The position numbers and the translations under genes were made by a program. From the NCBI RefSeq assembly GCF_009914755.1, contig NC_060926.1: 64,000 nt of DNA, one strand, 5' to 3'. A model generated the notes under the pieces. The model saw nothing but the letters and a program-made list of their open reading frames with translations. It was not told the origin of the DNA and searched no databases. Below are positions 25,668 through 39,205 of this stretch, one piece after another (position 1 is the stretch's first letter; each line of letters opens with the position of its first letter). This DNA is from the human T2T-CHM13v2.0 reference genome, Homo sapiens.

Positions 25668-25735
25668 CTCAGCCCTCATCTTTTACTTTATTTTTTTTAT
25701 TGCTGCCTCCTATACAGTGACTCAGCCCTCATCTT
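25668..25735 (-). mobile_element. Tiny poly(A)-tailed insertion (38 bp) flanked by a 15-bp target-site duplication
   Basis: ctcagccctcatctt [ttactttattttttttattgctgcctcctatacagtga] ctcagccctcatctt. Confidence 0.7.
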
Positions 25736-25904
25736 GATTGACATAGAAGCAGCATTTTATTTTTCCCCATAGGGGATCACTCGCTCCTCTTTAAATGATT
25801 TCTTTCACATGGCTCTGGTTGTCTTCCTCCCTCACCAGCAGCTCTTATTCCACTCCTTTGCTAGCTGTGTCTCATCTTCTTTTAAAAAGCTTAAAAAATA
25901 TATA

Positions 25905-26033
25905 TTTTTTTAAATGAAGATGGGATCTTGCTGTGTTGCCTAGGCTGGTCTGGAACTCCTGGACTCAAGCAATCCTCCCAGCTTGGCCTCCCAAGGTATT
26001 GGGATTACAGGTGTGAGCCACCACACCCAGCCT
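25905..26033 (-). mobile_element. Alu monomer (FLAM_C-like)
   Basis: agatgggatcttgctgtgttgcctaggctggtc...gggattacaggtgtgagccaccacacccagcc. Confidence 0.9.
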
Positions 26034-26744
26034 GTATCTCATCTTCTTGAACCCAGGGAAGCTCAGGTGTCTCTCTCTACACTCGCTTTCTAGGTTAATC
26101 TCATCTCTCAGGCTTTACATACTGTCTATATTCTGAAAAATCCCAATTTTTTCTTTCCAGCCAGGACTACTTCCCTCAACTCCTGGCATGTGTATTTAAC
26201 TTCTTTTTCACTGGACATTGCTGTTTGGATGTCCAACGGGCTTCTCAAACTGATCTCCATCCTAATCTCACAAAACAGGCCACTTCTTAACAGTCCTTCC
26301 TGTCTTAGAAAAGGGAATTTTCTCAGGATAAAACCTCAGTTTTAAGACAGTAATCCAAGCCGCTGTCATCATTTCCTGTGTCCATTTCTCCTCACTCCAA
26401 TACACCGACATCAAATCCATAGAGGTTAAATATCAGTTCATTTCAGTCCCTTTCTCAAAACCCACCAGTGGCTCTCTACGGAACAGAGTGACGGCCACAG
26501 TGCTGTTAATGACACCAGGGCTCTACTGGATCTGACCTCTGAGATACCTCTTGGCTTCTTCCCTTACTCTGCTGCCTGGCTCACGTCACGCCAGCCACAT
26601 GTCCCACTTTGCACTTGCTTGATAATCCAGGAAAATCCCTGCCTCCAAGGGATTTGTTATTTTCTCTTCCTAGAGTGCTCCTTTCCCTGATACCTTCATG
26701 ACTCACTTCCTCACTTGCATAATATCTTTCCCCAAAGTCATCTA

Positions 26745-27381
<637 letters not shown>

Positions 27382-28013
27382 TCAGCCAGGATTTGAATTG
27401 TATTTTGTCTTTTCTGTTTCAAAGCTTGCTTTCTGGTTTAAATTAGTTCCTCAAAGTGATGCTACTTTATCTTGTGTTTGCACCCTTTGTTTTCTTCAGT
27501 TGACTTTGAATACATTGGTCTTTTTGCCTTTAATCAATATTGGATGCAATAATTTTTATTTTTTATTTTAAAAATCTTTTATTTCAACATTCAGCCAGAT
27601 AGTTGAAGATGTAGTAATTTTTGGAGGCCTCACCATCCCCTCCCCTTTTGGGGGCCATTTTTTTTATGGGATTAGGAATTTTGGGAGTTTAGGAAAGTCA
27701 AACTTCATGAGGAATTTTTAGTAAGGAAAACTTTGGGTGTTTTCAAGGACTTCCCCACTTTTGGTAAAATGATAAATCTCTCCTGACGTAAACAAACTTT
27801 CTTGAGGAAAAACTTTTTTGTTTTTAATAGAGAAAAATTCTGTAAAAGGCTACTTTTGGGGTATTTGGTAGAAGCAGTTGGTCACAGGCCAACTACTTAA
27901 TTTTCTTGCTCCTCTCTGCCTTCTCCCAATACCCCAATAACCTCAAGGTTATTGTGACCATATGGGATCACCTTTAAATATTTCATCTATAAAAGGTAAC
28001 TTGTTTAATTCCA

Positions 28014-28068
28014 TGCATCAAATTATATGAAGAAATTAATTATGTGCATCAAATTATATGAACAAATT
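28014..28068. repeat. Short duplication (period 31)
   Basis: tgcatcaaattatatgaaSaaatt occurs twice. Confidence 0.85.
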
Positions 28069-28165
28069 GTGCTACCCTATCTAAGTAAATGTAGAAAAAG
28101 CTGTGGAAAAAGAAATCAACATTTGTTTAGGTCAAGCATTGTGCTAGGCCTTTTTCATACATCAA

Positions 28166-28469
<304 letters not shown>

Positions 28470-28644
28470 TAATACAACCCATTATACAGACAAAGAAATT
28501 CAAATTTGGAGAAATTGTATAAGCTTCCCAAGATCTTACATCTAGAAAATTAGAATACTGGGACTCAGAGATTTGTTGGTTTTTCAGACTTGTGTTTAAG
28601 AAGCTACTTAATTTGCTATAAACTCTGAAATGATTTTTAGGTAG

Positions 28645-28710
28645 TTTTCAGAAAGCATTATGGGTGTATCCTAAATTTTCAGAAAGTATTGTTGGTGTAT
28701 CCTAAATTTT
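28645..28710. repeat. Tandem duplication (period 31)
   Basis: ttttcagaaagYattRtKggtgtatcctaaa occurs twice. Confidence 0.85.
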
Positions 28711-28739
28711 TAAACTTTCTTACATAGCCGTGTGAGATA

Positions 28740-28890
28740 ATGATGATTATTTATTGCACTGGGTCCTTTTCTAATCTTTTACAGGCATTAGCTCTAATTT
28801 TTACAATAACCCCAAAACAGTGGTGTTATCATCATTGCTATTTTACAGAGAAGAAAACTGAGGCTTATGGAAGTTAAGTAATTTTCCTTA
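28740..28890 (-). mobile_element. MIR fragment
   Basis: 'ttttacagagaagaaaactgaggcttatggaagttaagtaatttt'. Confidence 0.6.
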
Positions 28891-28929
28891 TGTTAAAGAT
28901 GCTGATACCTGGGCTTCTACCTAAGATGA

Positions 28930-29247
28930 TACATCAGATTTTTACATCTTTTACCCCCTCACCTTATTCAGACATCTATTCAAATATCATCATATCAGAA
29001 GGGCCCTCTCTAACCAAGCTGTCTAGATAGTTCTGCCTCTAGTGGGTGTCCTCTTAGTCTGCTTAAGTTTTCTTTAAAACCCATTACCACCTAGACATTA
29101 TATATTTATTTATTTGTTGTGTGCCTTTCCCAGCTAAAACATAAGCTATGTGAGAGTAGAAATGTTGTCTATTTTTATTCTCTGCTGTATCTGCAATGCT
29201 AGGATACACAATAGTAGACACACAATAAATACCTGTCAAATGAATGT
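28930..29247 (+). mobile_element. L2 3' end
   Basis: 'ataagctatgtgagagtagaaatgttgtctatttttattctctgctgtatctgcaatgctag...caataaatacctgtcaaatgaatg'. Confidence 0.65.
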
Positions 29248-30059
29248 GAACAAGCGTGGCACTGAAAATGTAGGTGGTAAAATCAGATTAATGTTGGTGA
29301 GTTGAAAACAGGAGATAAAGGATTCTTTGAACAAAAGAGAGTACAATAGAGAGGACTAGAACAGAATAGAACAGTCAGATAAGAAAGATTGAAGAAATGT
29401 TAGAATTTAGGTCCACTTGAAGACAAACCTTGTGAACATTGAAAGGAAAGTCATCCTTTTACATAAGGCAATAGAATTTCTAGAAGAAAGTAATGTATAT
29501 TTTTGCATCGTAGAAGAGTAATAAAACTCTCAGTATCTGTTGTTTAGAAAAGTCAGATTTCAAAGTAAAGGAGTATTCAGAGCCTGGACTGATACTTTGA
29601 CTGGGGAATAAAGAAAAAAACAGACTATTTTGGGGGCTACTTACAGGAAGAAGTTTTGGTTGTAGAGTTAATCTGAAGATGTAAGCTACTGAAGAGTTGA
29701 TGATATTTCTAATATTTTATACTTAAAGAAAATGGGACATTTTACTTAGTTTTTAGGCAGTTGCAGAAAATGAATATTTCTTGAAAAATAAGTTAGGAGG
29801 TTTGCCATTGACATATTGTTTTGAGAATTTTAGTGAACTACTTTGTTCATAAGTTTTCCTTGTACCTGTGGGGTGGGGGATAGATTTGAATTAAACACAA
29901 CATGATAGCACAAAGCAGCCTTTGACTGTCAAAAGCTGGTGCCATGTTTTTTCACTCTCCCCATTCTGGGCTTTTCTATGTTCTTTTCTTTATCTTGTTT
30001 TTCCTTTTTGTTCCATCTTCAATGCAATAATAATAAAAAATAATTATTATAATAAAAAT

Positions 30060-30310
30060 GATAATAACTGTTAACATTTGAGTACTTTGTGCCAGGCACT
30101 ATTCAAAGCACTTCACATTACTCAATGAATTTAATTATCTCGTTAGCTCTAAGAGGTAGGCACAATTATCACACTCATTTTACAGAGGAAATTATGACAC
30201 AGAGACAGCAAGTCACTTGCTAAAGGTCACACAGCTAGTGAGTGACCCAGCCAGAATGACGAACCCCGGAAGATGGTTGCCAGGGTCCATACTCTTAACC
30301 ACTAAGCTAC
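30060..30310 (-). mobile_element. MIR SINE
   Basis: 'gtgccaggcactattcaaagcac', 'cattttacagaggaaattatgacacagaga...cacttgctaaaggtcacacagctagtgagtg'. Confidence 0.75.
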
Positions 30311-30910
30311 CTGTTTTTTTCCTGATGACATTATATTTACATTGAGCTTTTAACCTTTGTGAAATGCTGTTACATACACCAATTTTCTATTTTCTTCCCC
30401 TGCCATGGCTTGCCACTGACATTACTCAGCTCCTGCACAGCAACTAGATGACACTTGGCATGAAGGAGCTTCCCTGCCTTGGCTCTCTAGGCACAAGTCA
30501 TCAAGAAGTCTTTGAATGATTAAGTGATCATTATTACTTGATCATTTAGCAGAGAAAAATCAATCAGAGCCCTTGGCAGAGGCAGCTTTTAGGAGAGATG
30601 TTTAATTTTGTTGATAGGACTTAAGCAGATAGAAAGATGTATGCATGAATGGAAAGTATTAAAACCCAAGTCTTTAATGGTAGGGAGAGGTGCAACAGGG
30701 GCTCCATGTGCCCTTTTTTAGGAGCTGAGAAATCCTGAATGTACTGGATTGTGGAAGAGTGGAAGAAATGTAGCATTTGAAAATTAATAAAAGAGAAGAA
30801 AATAAAGTTCTTAAAAAATGTCAGGGAATATATTTCAGATAATAGTGGAAAGTTTGGTAATTTAAATGAATAAATATTAAGAGGCAAATATATAATTAAT
30901 CACAGCTAAT

Positions 30911-30958
30911 CATCCATCCATCCATCCATCCATCCATCCATCCATCCATCCATCCATC
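30911..30958. repeat. (CATC)12 tetranucleotide STR
   Basis: Perfect array. Confidence 0.97.
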
Positions 30959-33900
30959 TACGAAGTCACATTCTATACACTTGGCAACTGGAGATAAAAA
31001 GGAAAACAATGAATTGATCAGGAATGGCATTGCAGGCATCCTATGAATCATTTACTTTAACAGAATTAAAAAGACATTTCTTTTATTGGAAATAAAATTT
31101 TCAATATTGTTACAATTTAATATACATGGACACTATCCCACATACGTTATCATTGTCCAGTTTTCTTGTCTAATTTCAAACATGGGGCTCTTTCTATTCC
31201 TCATGTTCAATATTAAGAGCATGCACTGGCTGTGAGAACTGACATGCACAAATTTGGGTCATGTTTGAGGGGGAGAATGATGACCCAACCTTTATAGGTA
31301 CATACTTATGACTGATGATAATATAATCTCTGCTCCCTGGAAGTCGTATATACGGTTTGGTCTATATTGGGAACTTGTCCATAGACAGGTAGATTTCTTT
31401 TCTCATAAGCCCTCCATAGTTGTGGAGAACCATTTAGGAACATGTAAAGACAACTGTGAAATTAACACATTGTGAAAGGCACTTGATAATAGTGAAACTA
31501 AAATCAAAGTTACCTCTGCCTGGTGCCAAGAGAAACTTATCCACAGAACTTTGTATGTCTTATGGATCCAGCATGTGGTATTAAGTGAATATTTGTTGAA
31601 AGTTTGGCTATAAAAATGAAGAGATCTTTTCCTGTGCAAGAAGAAGCATTCATGCATTCTGTGTCTTTTAGACTGGAAGCATGCATTTTGCTATTCTCAG
31701 CTTTACCTCTCTTCCTTTGTCATAGCATTTTCTTTTGCACATGTACACCATTCTTTGCCTGCTACATAACAGATGTGTTTCTCAGCTCGTTCTTCGTAGA
31801 GCTAGGCCATATTTCTGAAATTGAGCTTGAGTTTATCTTTACAGAGTTGTTTCTTCTCGTCTTGACTATAGTTTTTTTCCAGGACAGCATGACTTGGCAG
31901 GTATTTGGGAGTGTCCACGAGGTCTGTAGCTTTCTGTATTGTAACAAGCCTACATTGTGTATGAAGGGGCACACTTAATAGCCCAAGGCTTCTGTGTTGT
32001 TGATCTGCATTTCATTTGCATTAATTTTTAGTGAGGGGGGAGTATTTTTATTTATTATTTTTTTGCCCTCATATGCCTAGGACTATAGACTTTTGGTTTT
32101 CTAGGCATTACACAACAATAATAGAGGCATGCTATATGTGATACCATGACAGCATGACTTCAAAATGACAGGTTTTTTTCTTCCATTTAGGAAAAAAGTC
32201 AACTCCTTTTTGTTGCTCTTCTTCTGAATCCCATTGTATGAAAGAATAGTGACTAATATATAAGGCCGATAAGGGATAAAGAAAAGCTCCTGAAGTAGAC
32301 TGTCTTATCTAATATGATATAACACTGAGATTTAGGTGGGAGAAGAAAACAGATGTAAAATGGTACCTAGAATAACATGGAGCAGGAGGGAGGAAACTGT
32401 TCCCAACAGGAGGCAATTAAGTGTTTGCTGTATACTATGGGTCCAACTGAACCTTTGACACTTTTCCAAAGGGGAAGGCAGAAGGGAGAATATAAATGGC
32501 TACCAAAGCTAGTGGCTGGCTTTGGAATGGGCATCTCATATGGTCTCCATTTAGCAATGCTGTAATAAACCAATGAATTGCTATGACATTTTGGAGGGTT
32601 GGAGAAGTGCAACATAGAAATACAGAACACTTTGGAAGCAAAATCACCATTCATCCCAGACATGAAGAGGTGCTAGTCTGACAGAGCCTGTATCTTCCAG
32701 TGATATCCAGACTGTGGGCTGAGGATGGGTTTGCCATGGTTAAAATCAGTACTCCAAGACTTGTGTGTTTAAAATGGAAAAAAGACTGGTGGTTGGAAAC
32801 CTCATTTCTCTTTGTTACTGTTTTTGAAACATCAGGACATCAGCTAGTCTCTTGGGACTGTGCCCAGGAGGTCTAATTTTGCTGAAGGATCCAGTCAAGT
32901 CTTTGGAGTTAGTTTAGTATTCTAAATTAGTTATATTTTGATTTTACTTGGATTTGTGGAAAAACTAAAAAAGTCAACATCTAAGAGAGGCAATTCCAGG
33001 TTCTTCCTACCTCCCCTGAAATTGTATTTTGGTTGTTATGTTGAACACACAAAAGTAAAAAATATCTCTCTGAAAATGTTCATGCAGCACAAGCAGTTCC
33101 TGTTTGAGAACTAACTCATATTCCCTTGGGCTGAATGGCATAATTTCATTCCTAGAAGTATAATAGGAATTTCCTTCTCCTGTTCAGTGATTAGAATGTT
33201 GAGATAAATCCTTTCCTGATTGTCTCCATGGAGTGTAGGTACCTGGAATACTATACAGATTTTTTTTTTTGAATCACCAGTAGAATCAAAGAAAATGGGG
33301 AATGGAGGAAAGGAAACAGAATTAGAGATTCAAGTTACAACCACAATCAGTGAAGACTGAAACTAGTGAATCAGAGAAAGTCAAGAGATGGTCTGGATCC
33401 AGGAAATAGTCAGAAACTGGAAGTCAAAGTAGAGAAGTGAGTCAGAATCAAAATGGCAATGAACATAAACTAGAAATTGAGATGAATGAAGGTTTATAAA
33501 AGTGAGTGAACAGAAATAGATATGCTTTACTAGGTATATGTACATATGACTTTGACTTACCTTGTCATCTTTCTGACAGAAAAGGGACCAATGACTTCTG
33601 GCTGTGGTGTCACAAGACTGAGGGCTCAAAGACCATGCAGCCTGCAGCTGTACACTGTTACCCCAGAGGCGGGGGTTCTAGAATGCTCCAGAGGTTTGAT
33701 TTTGGAAAGGATGACTATGCTGTGAATCCTTATACTTTCTGTAAATTACATCACCATTCCTTGCTCCATGCCATTCGGAAATATGTATTGCAAATTTAAT
33801 TTTGTTAATTCGCAAGTCTATTTTTTACCTGTTCAATTTAATACCGTTCAGTTTTGCCAACAAGTGATATGCCAGTTTCCTGCCAGACTACTCAAGGCGA

Positions 33901-34417
33901 AATGTGAATCATCAGTGGCTAAATGGCTTTTCTTGACATTGAATAAACTTCCAATTTCCTATTTAGCAATGATGCATGTATATAACTGAACTTAATAAGA
34001 AAATAAGGTCTTTCTACACTTTATCTAGCTCAGGTCTTCACGTAAGTTTGGTCCATTGTGGACATTTGTGTGTGTCAGTATTGCTTGCTTTATATGGATG
34101 TGCATATGCCTACTGTGATATGAACACATGTAGATTTACATATAAAATACCTACAAATATGTAGAATAAAAATGACAAAACTTTTAGCTTGCTGTTTTGT
34201 TTAATATTAATTTATGTGTCCAAGGTATAAGCAGTTTTTGAGCAGATTTTGCTTGTTCATTTTAACAGCTCTTTTAAGTGGGTAATAGTATTCTCATTTT
34301 CCAGTAGAAGAAACAGATTTTGAGAGATTAAGTAACTTTTTGTAAAACTCTGATTCAAACTAAGTCTGGTCATGCCAAAGCCCATGCTCACTTCCACTGT
34401 CTCACACTGTTGCCTTC

Positions 34418-34783
<366 letters not shown>

Positions 34784-37576
34784 TGAATCTAATTATTAAA
34801 TTTATTTCCATAATACATTCATTATAACTGCTGCCTTCCATTTTTGATACCTGGGACTGAAAGAGTGGAGGAAATTTTGAAGGAAAATTTTACATGCCGG
34901 GTTTATCTCCCAAAATAATTTTCAAAGTATATGGATAGTGCATATTAGAAATATATGCCTATGGATACTAAAACTGCTGAATTTTTTTCTTGATAACCAC
35001 ATCAAATGTAATTCTTGAGGTTTAGAAAGACAAAAATATTCCTTGGAAAAACAAAAGAAAATTAGCAAAAATTAGTACAAACACAAACACCACAAGAAAA
35101 ACTTTATAACTATATGCCCTTAAGTATATGTTAATAAATTTAGCAACAAAAATATACAGTGCTTCATGATGTGACTCATTAAAAATGAATTTAACTAGAT
35201 GGTGGTAGAATACGAATGCATGCACAATGGTTACAGTAAATGTGCGAGTGTAGGCTTTCTTTTAGACCAAGTATTAGGGAAGAAAATTGCATACTTGATG
35301 TCTGGTGGTTTCTGGAATGCTGTTTTTGTTTACGGCTTGGGCAAATGCCAGTGGTTTCAACAAAATAAGAATAGAAATCATACATTATTGTGGAGTTATT
35401 TTAAAACAACAGATGCAAGGGAGGTCATAGAATGTTTTTGTGACTGTTGGACATGAAAATGGAACGAGACTTTATGAAATTTTTGAAGGGCTTAATTTTT
35501 ATGAGAATATCCCCAGAATTAATAATATAAATACTTCCCCTGATGCATATATTATGGAGAAATATCAGATTATTGGAATATTTTATCCGAAGGTTAATTG
35601 AAAACTGAATAGATTTTTTTCCCCTAGATGTAAAACCTAGGAGATTGCTTATTTCAATGAAGCTAGCATAATGTTAAAATCTGTACATCTTTTTTTACTT
35701 TTTTGAACTTTTTTTCCCCTTAGTGCTAATCTCACTAAATTTGTAGATGACATTTTAACTTCATAGAAGCAGCTCCTTAACTCATTTTAACTATGACTGG
35801 GTGAGACCTTCTGAGTATTTGGTGATATGTGCACATTTCATCATCACAAGCACTGAGATAAAGTAGTTGTACCCTGTGAAAAAGGATTAGTCACAAAACT
35901 TATTTCCAAAAGCAAATTCTTTTGGTTTCCAGCCCATGGTATACATTGAAAAGGACTACTTTATGGGAAAAATTTATGAAACTTAAGTGGATAAGAGCTG
36001 TTTATAAACCGATGACTGGCCACTAGCAGGTCTCTCATGGAATGGTGGGATACCTTGTATGTATCTTATGGTCCAAACAATGGGTTACTGACCTGGTTGT
36101 GTCTTGAGAAGCCATTTGCCAAGTTTTTAATTCATTTCTCAATTAATCTACTTCCTGTAATGGTTGCCTTTCAGTGAAGATAAAGGTTAAAAATATAACA
36201 TGTAATTTTTATCTTTTGGAAGGATTTCCAAATGTATGTGGTTATTGCAATTTCTTTCTCTCTCATTTGTAACACCATTTCTGAACTATTATGTTGTCTT
36301 CTTCAAGTCCTCTCACAAATACAACATTTAAAATTTGATTTGTCATAGTTTGATTGTTTAATATGACCCCTAACTGTTTCATGTATTTCCTGGTTGGGTC
36401 ATTCCTGGTGAACAGGATGATTTTCCCTCCTCTGAAATCTGCTGTGTCTTCTTGACTTGTCTGTGGATAAGGCAGCAAATGGCAGTGCTGTCCTACCTAA
36501 CTGGTTCAGGCCAAGCCAGGATGTTCATGCCTTAATTCATTCCAGCCCATTCCCCCAAACTACCAGAGTGATTGTCCTAAAACAGAAATGTGATTAAACC
36601 ACTGATCTCAATAAAAGTCTTCAACAGGCCTTAGGATAAATTCCTTCCCATAGGGTGTAAAAACTTCATCACCTGGCTTATAACTCTGGAATCATCTCTA
36701 GTGGTCTGAAGAACTGGCTTTGACTGCTCTGAGTTACCATAACATCAAAGCTATCCTTTTTGTGCCACAGGGACCTGCGTTAGTGCCGCTGCTTAGCAGT
36801 CTCCACCATCATGAGCACAGAACTCTTCTCTGTCTGGGGTTACTCTCAGTGAGAGGTATCTGCAGGAGGTTTGCTTGGGCTCTGGCATGCTATAGAGCTT
36901 ATGAAGTTCCTTCGTTTGATCACAGAATTCTCCCTTTCCCTTGTGCACACATGCCACCACATTTGCTGAGTCTGGATGGGCTCAAGTACTCACCATGATG
37001 CCTTACCTGCAGGCTTTCCTTTCCTCTGACATGCACCTTCACTAGTAGACATACACTCTTCCAGAGTCTTGTCCATATGATACATTCTCTCAGGGATATT
37101 ATAATCCTGGCTCTGGATTTTGACTTCCCCCTAGGCAGGCAGATAAATCTAAACACCAATTAAGAGACAGTACAAGTTGCTTTACCTACTTTGAAGCTCC
37201 TCAGCTACCATGTGAATCAGTGGATACAGAACAGGATATTTGGAGAAAGGAGTGAAGCTACCACCACATGCTGCTGCATAATTCCCTTACATTACACAAC
37301 ACATTGCTTTAAACTTGTCTACTCTCTTTCTCCCCCAGCAAGCTGTAAACTCTTTGAGGACAGGAGAATTGTATCAGATTCATTTTTATATTTCTGAGCA
37401 TGATAATAATTGTACTTGGAGGTAATGAACATTGACAGAAATACTGAACTGCCTCAATATGTTAAAGACCAGAGCAGAGTGGATTACAGGGGTGGATTTG
37501 AGGTAGAGGGAGAGTACTCTACCTCTGGGAATGAGTCTTCAAGGCATTTGCTAGTTCTTTTTTTTTTCTTTTGCAG

Positions 37577-37821
37577 AACAAAGTGAAAAAATAATTTTTG
37601 TGGTACAGATCCATTCTCAGTAGTCAGTGTGCACAAAAGTTTATTATATTTGTTCCCATTCTATATAGGACCTGCTCAGTGGCAATAAACATTGGCATTC
37701 TTGGAAACAGTGTTTGCCTAAGAATCTTCTGTCTGCCTTTGTTGCTTTGGCCATATTATGATAAGGGCATGACTGGATTTACCAAAATGGGCATGATTGG
37801 ATCTACTTATTCTCTTATCAG
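37577..37821 (+). other. Candidate 245-nt non-coding or poison exon
   Basis: Acceptor ttttttttttcttttgcag| and donor CAG|GTAAGA; the long frame has TAA at 37592. Confidence 0.4.
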
Positions 37822-38277
37822 GTAAGAAATGTATATTTGGTGTACATTTGATCATGAAAGATTAATAATGTGTTATGGCAGCAAATGTAGACTAATGATA
37901 CTTTTAAAAAAGATTAGTTATGTTAATGTCAGAGATGAGCACATGTATATACACACACACATATATATGTATATATATATATTCTGTGCCTTTTGTAGTC
38001 ATGTAAGAATGGGTTTGTCAATAATCTTATCAAAAATAAAAGTGCAGTACACCAAAAATCAGTTGACAGGAACATGAATAATGGCATAACTTAAAATAAA
38101 CGCTAAAATAAGTTTATATTTTTAAAACATATAGGTCAGATTACGTACAGAAAAACGTGAACAAATAGGCATCATTAATTCATTGGCTATAATTATTTCC
38201 AGCCAATTAGCTTACAAATTCCAGATTATCTTTTGTTTCACTGCATAATATGATGTGAATAAATACCTGCTTTTCAG

Positions 38278-38314
38278 AAGGCAAACAATGCACTGTGGAT
38301 ATTGGCGTGAAGAT
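38278..38314 (+). other. Candidate 37-nt exon
   Basis: cctgcttttcag|AAG... and donor GAT|GTAAGT. Confidence 0.25.
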
Positions 38315-38607
38315 GTAAGTATCTCTCTATAATTTGTGTGCTGTGTTTTTCTAGCCATATAATTTCACTTTGATAAATAACACATGATACAGTTGGCCTT
38401 ACTGGCTGACCACCCCAAAGAAGATGTCTAAAAGACTCCATAATATTTGCAAAGGAGTTGGGTCAGTAACCACAAAACAATGACTATTTCAAAGCAAATA
38501 AACAAGCAGAAGGCCAGTGGTGGTTACGGTCTGTGAAGAATAGTCAAGTCAATCTACAGATGATAGAAAGTAGAGGACAATGAGTAGGGAGGCCCATTCA
38601 GAAGGGA

Positions 38608-38643
38608 GGGAGTTCTCCATCTACTGGGAGTTCTCCATCTACT
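38608..38643. repeat. Perfect 18-bp tandem duplication
   Basis: gggagttctccatctact occurs twice. Confidence 0.92.
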
Positions 38644-38696
38644 GCGCCTGACTTCTTTCCTAAGAGAAACCTTTCTTTCATTTAAGATTTAAATGA

Positions 38697-38953
38697 AAGG
38701 TTGAAGCAGGCGGATCTCTTGAGGCCAGGAGTTTAAGAGCAGCCTGGGCAACATAGCAAGACCCCCATATCTATGAAAGAAAAAAAAATAGCCGGTCATC
38801 GTGGTACAAGCCTTTAGTCCCAGCTACTACTTGGGAGGCTGAGGCAGAAAGATCAATTGAGCTCAGGAGTAAGGCTGCAGTGAGCTATGATCATGCCACT
38901 GCATTCCAGCATAGGTGACAGAGAGAGCCCCTGTCTGAAAAAAAAAAAAAAAA
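38697..38953 (+). mobile_element. Alu (AluJ-like, 5'-truncated)
   Basis: cagcctgggcaacatagcaagacccc...gctgcagtgagctatgatcatgccactgca...poly(A); aagatttaaa on both sides. Confidence 0.93.
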
Positions 38954-38999
38954 AGATTTAAAGATAGATTTAAAGTCATAATGTAAAAAAGAACAAGAA

Positions 39000-39205
39000 G
39001 TTAGCTAGCTCTCCACTCAAATCCTTGTTTTCCCAGTTTCTAGCTCTTTGCCCTTGGGTCTGTTCTCTTTATGCCTCAATTTGCTTATCTGCAAAAATGA
39101 GATGATACCTAAATTTTGGAGTTGAAGGATAAAATCAAATAACATAGGTGAAAGTACCTAGCACAGTACCTTTCATGTAGAGGTAGTCTACCAGTGTTAG
39201 TTTTC
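39000..39205 (+). mobile_element. MIR SINE
   Basis: 'gcctcaatttgcttatctgcaaaaatgagatgatacct...gaaagtacctagcacagtacc'. Confidence 0.65.
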
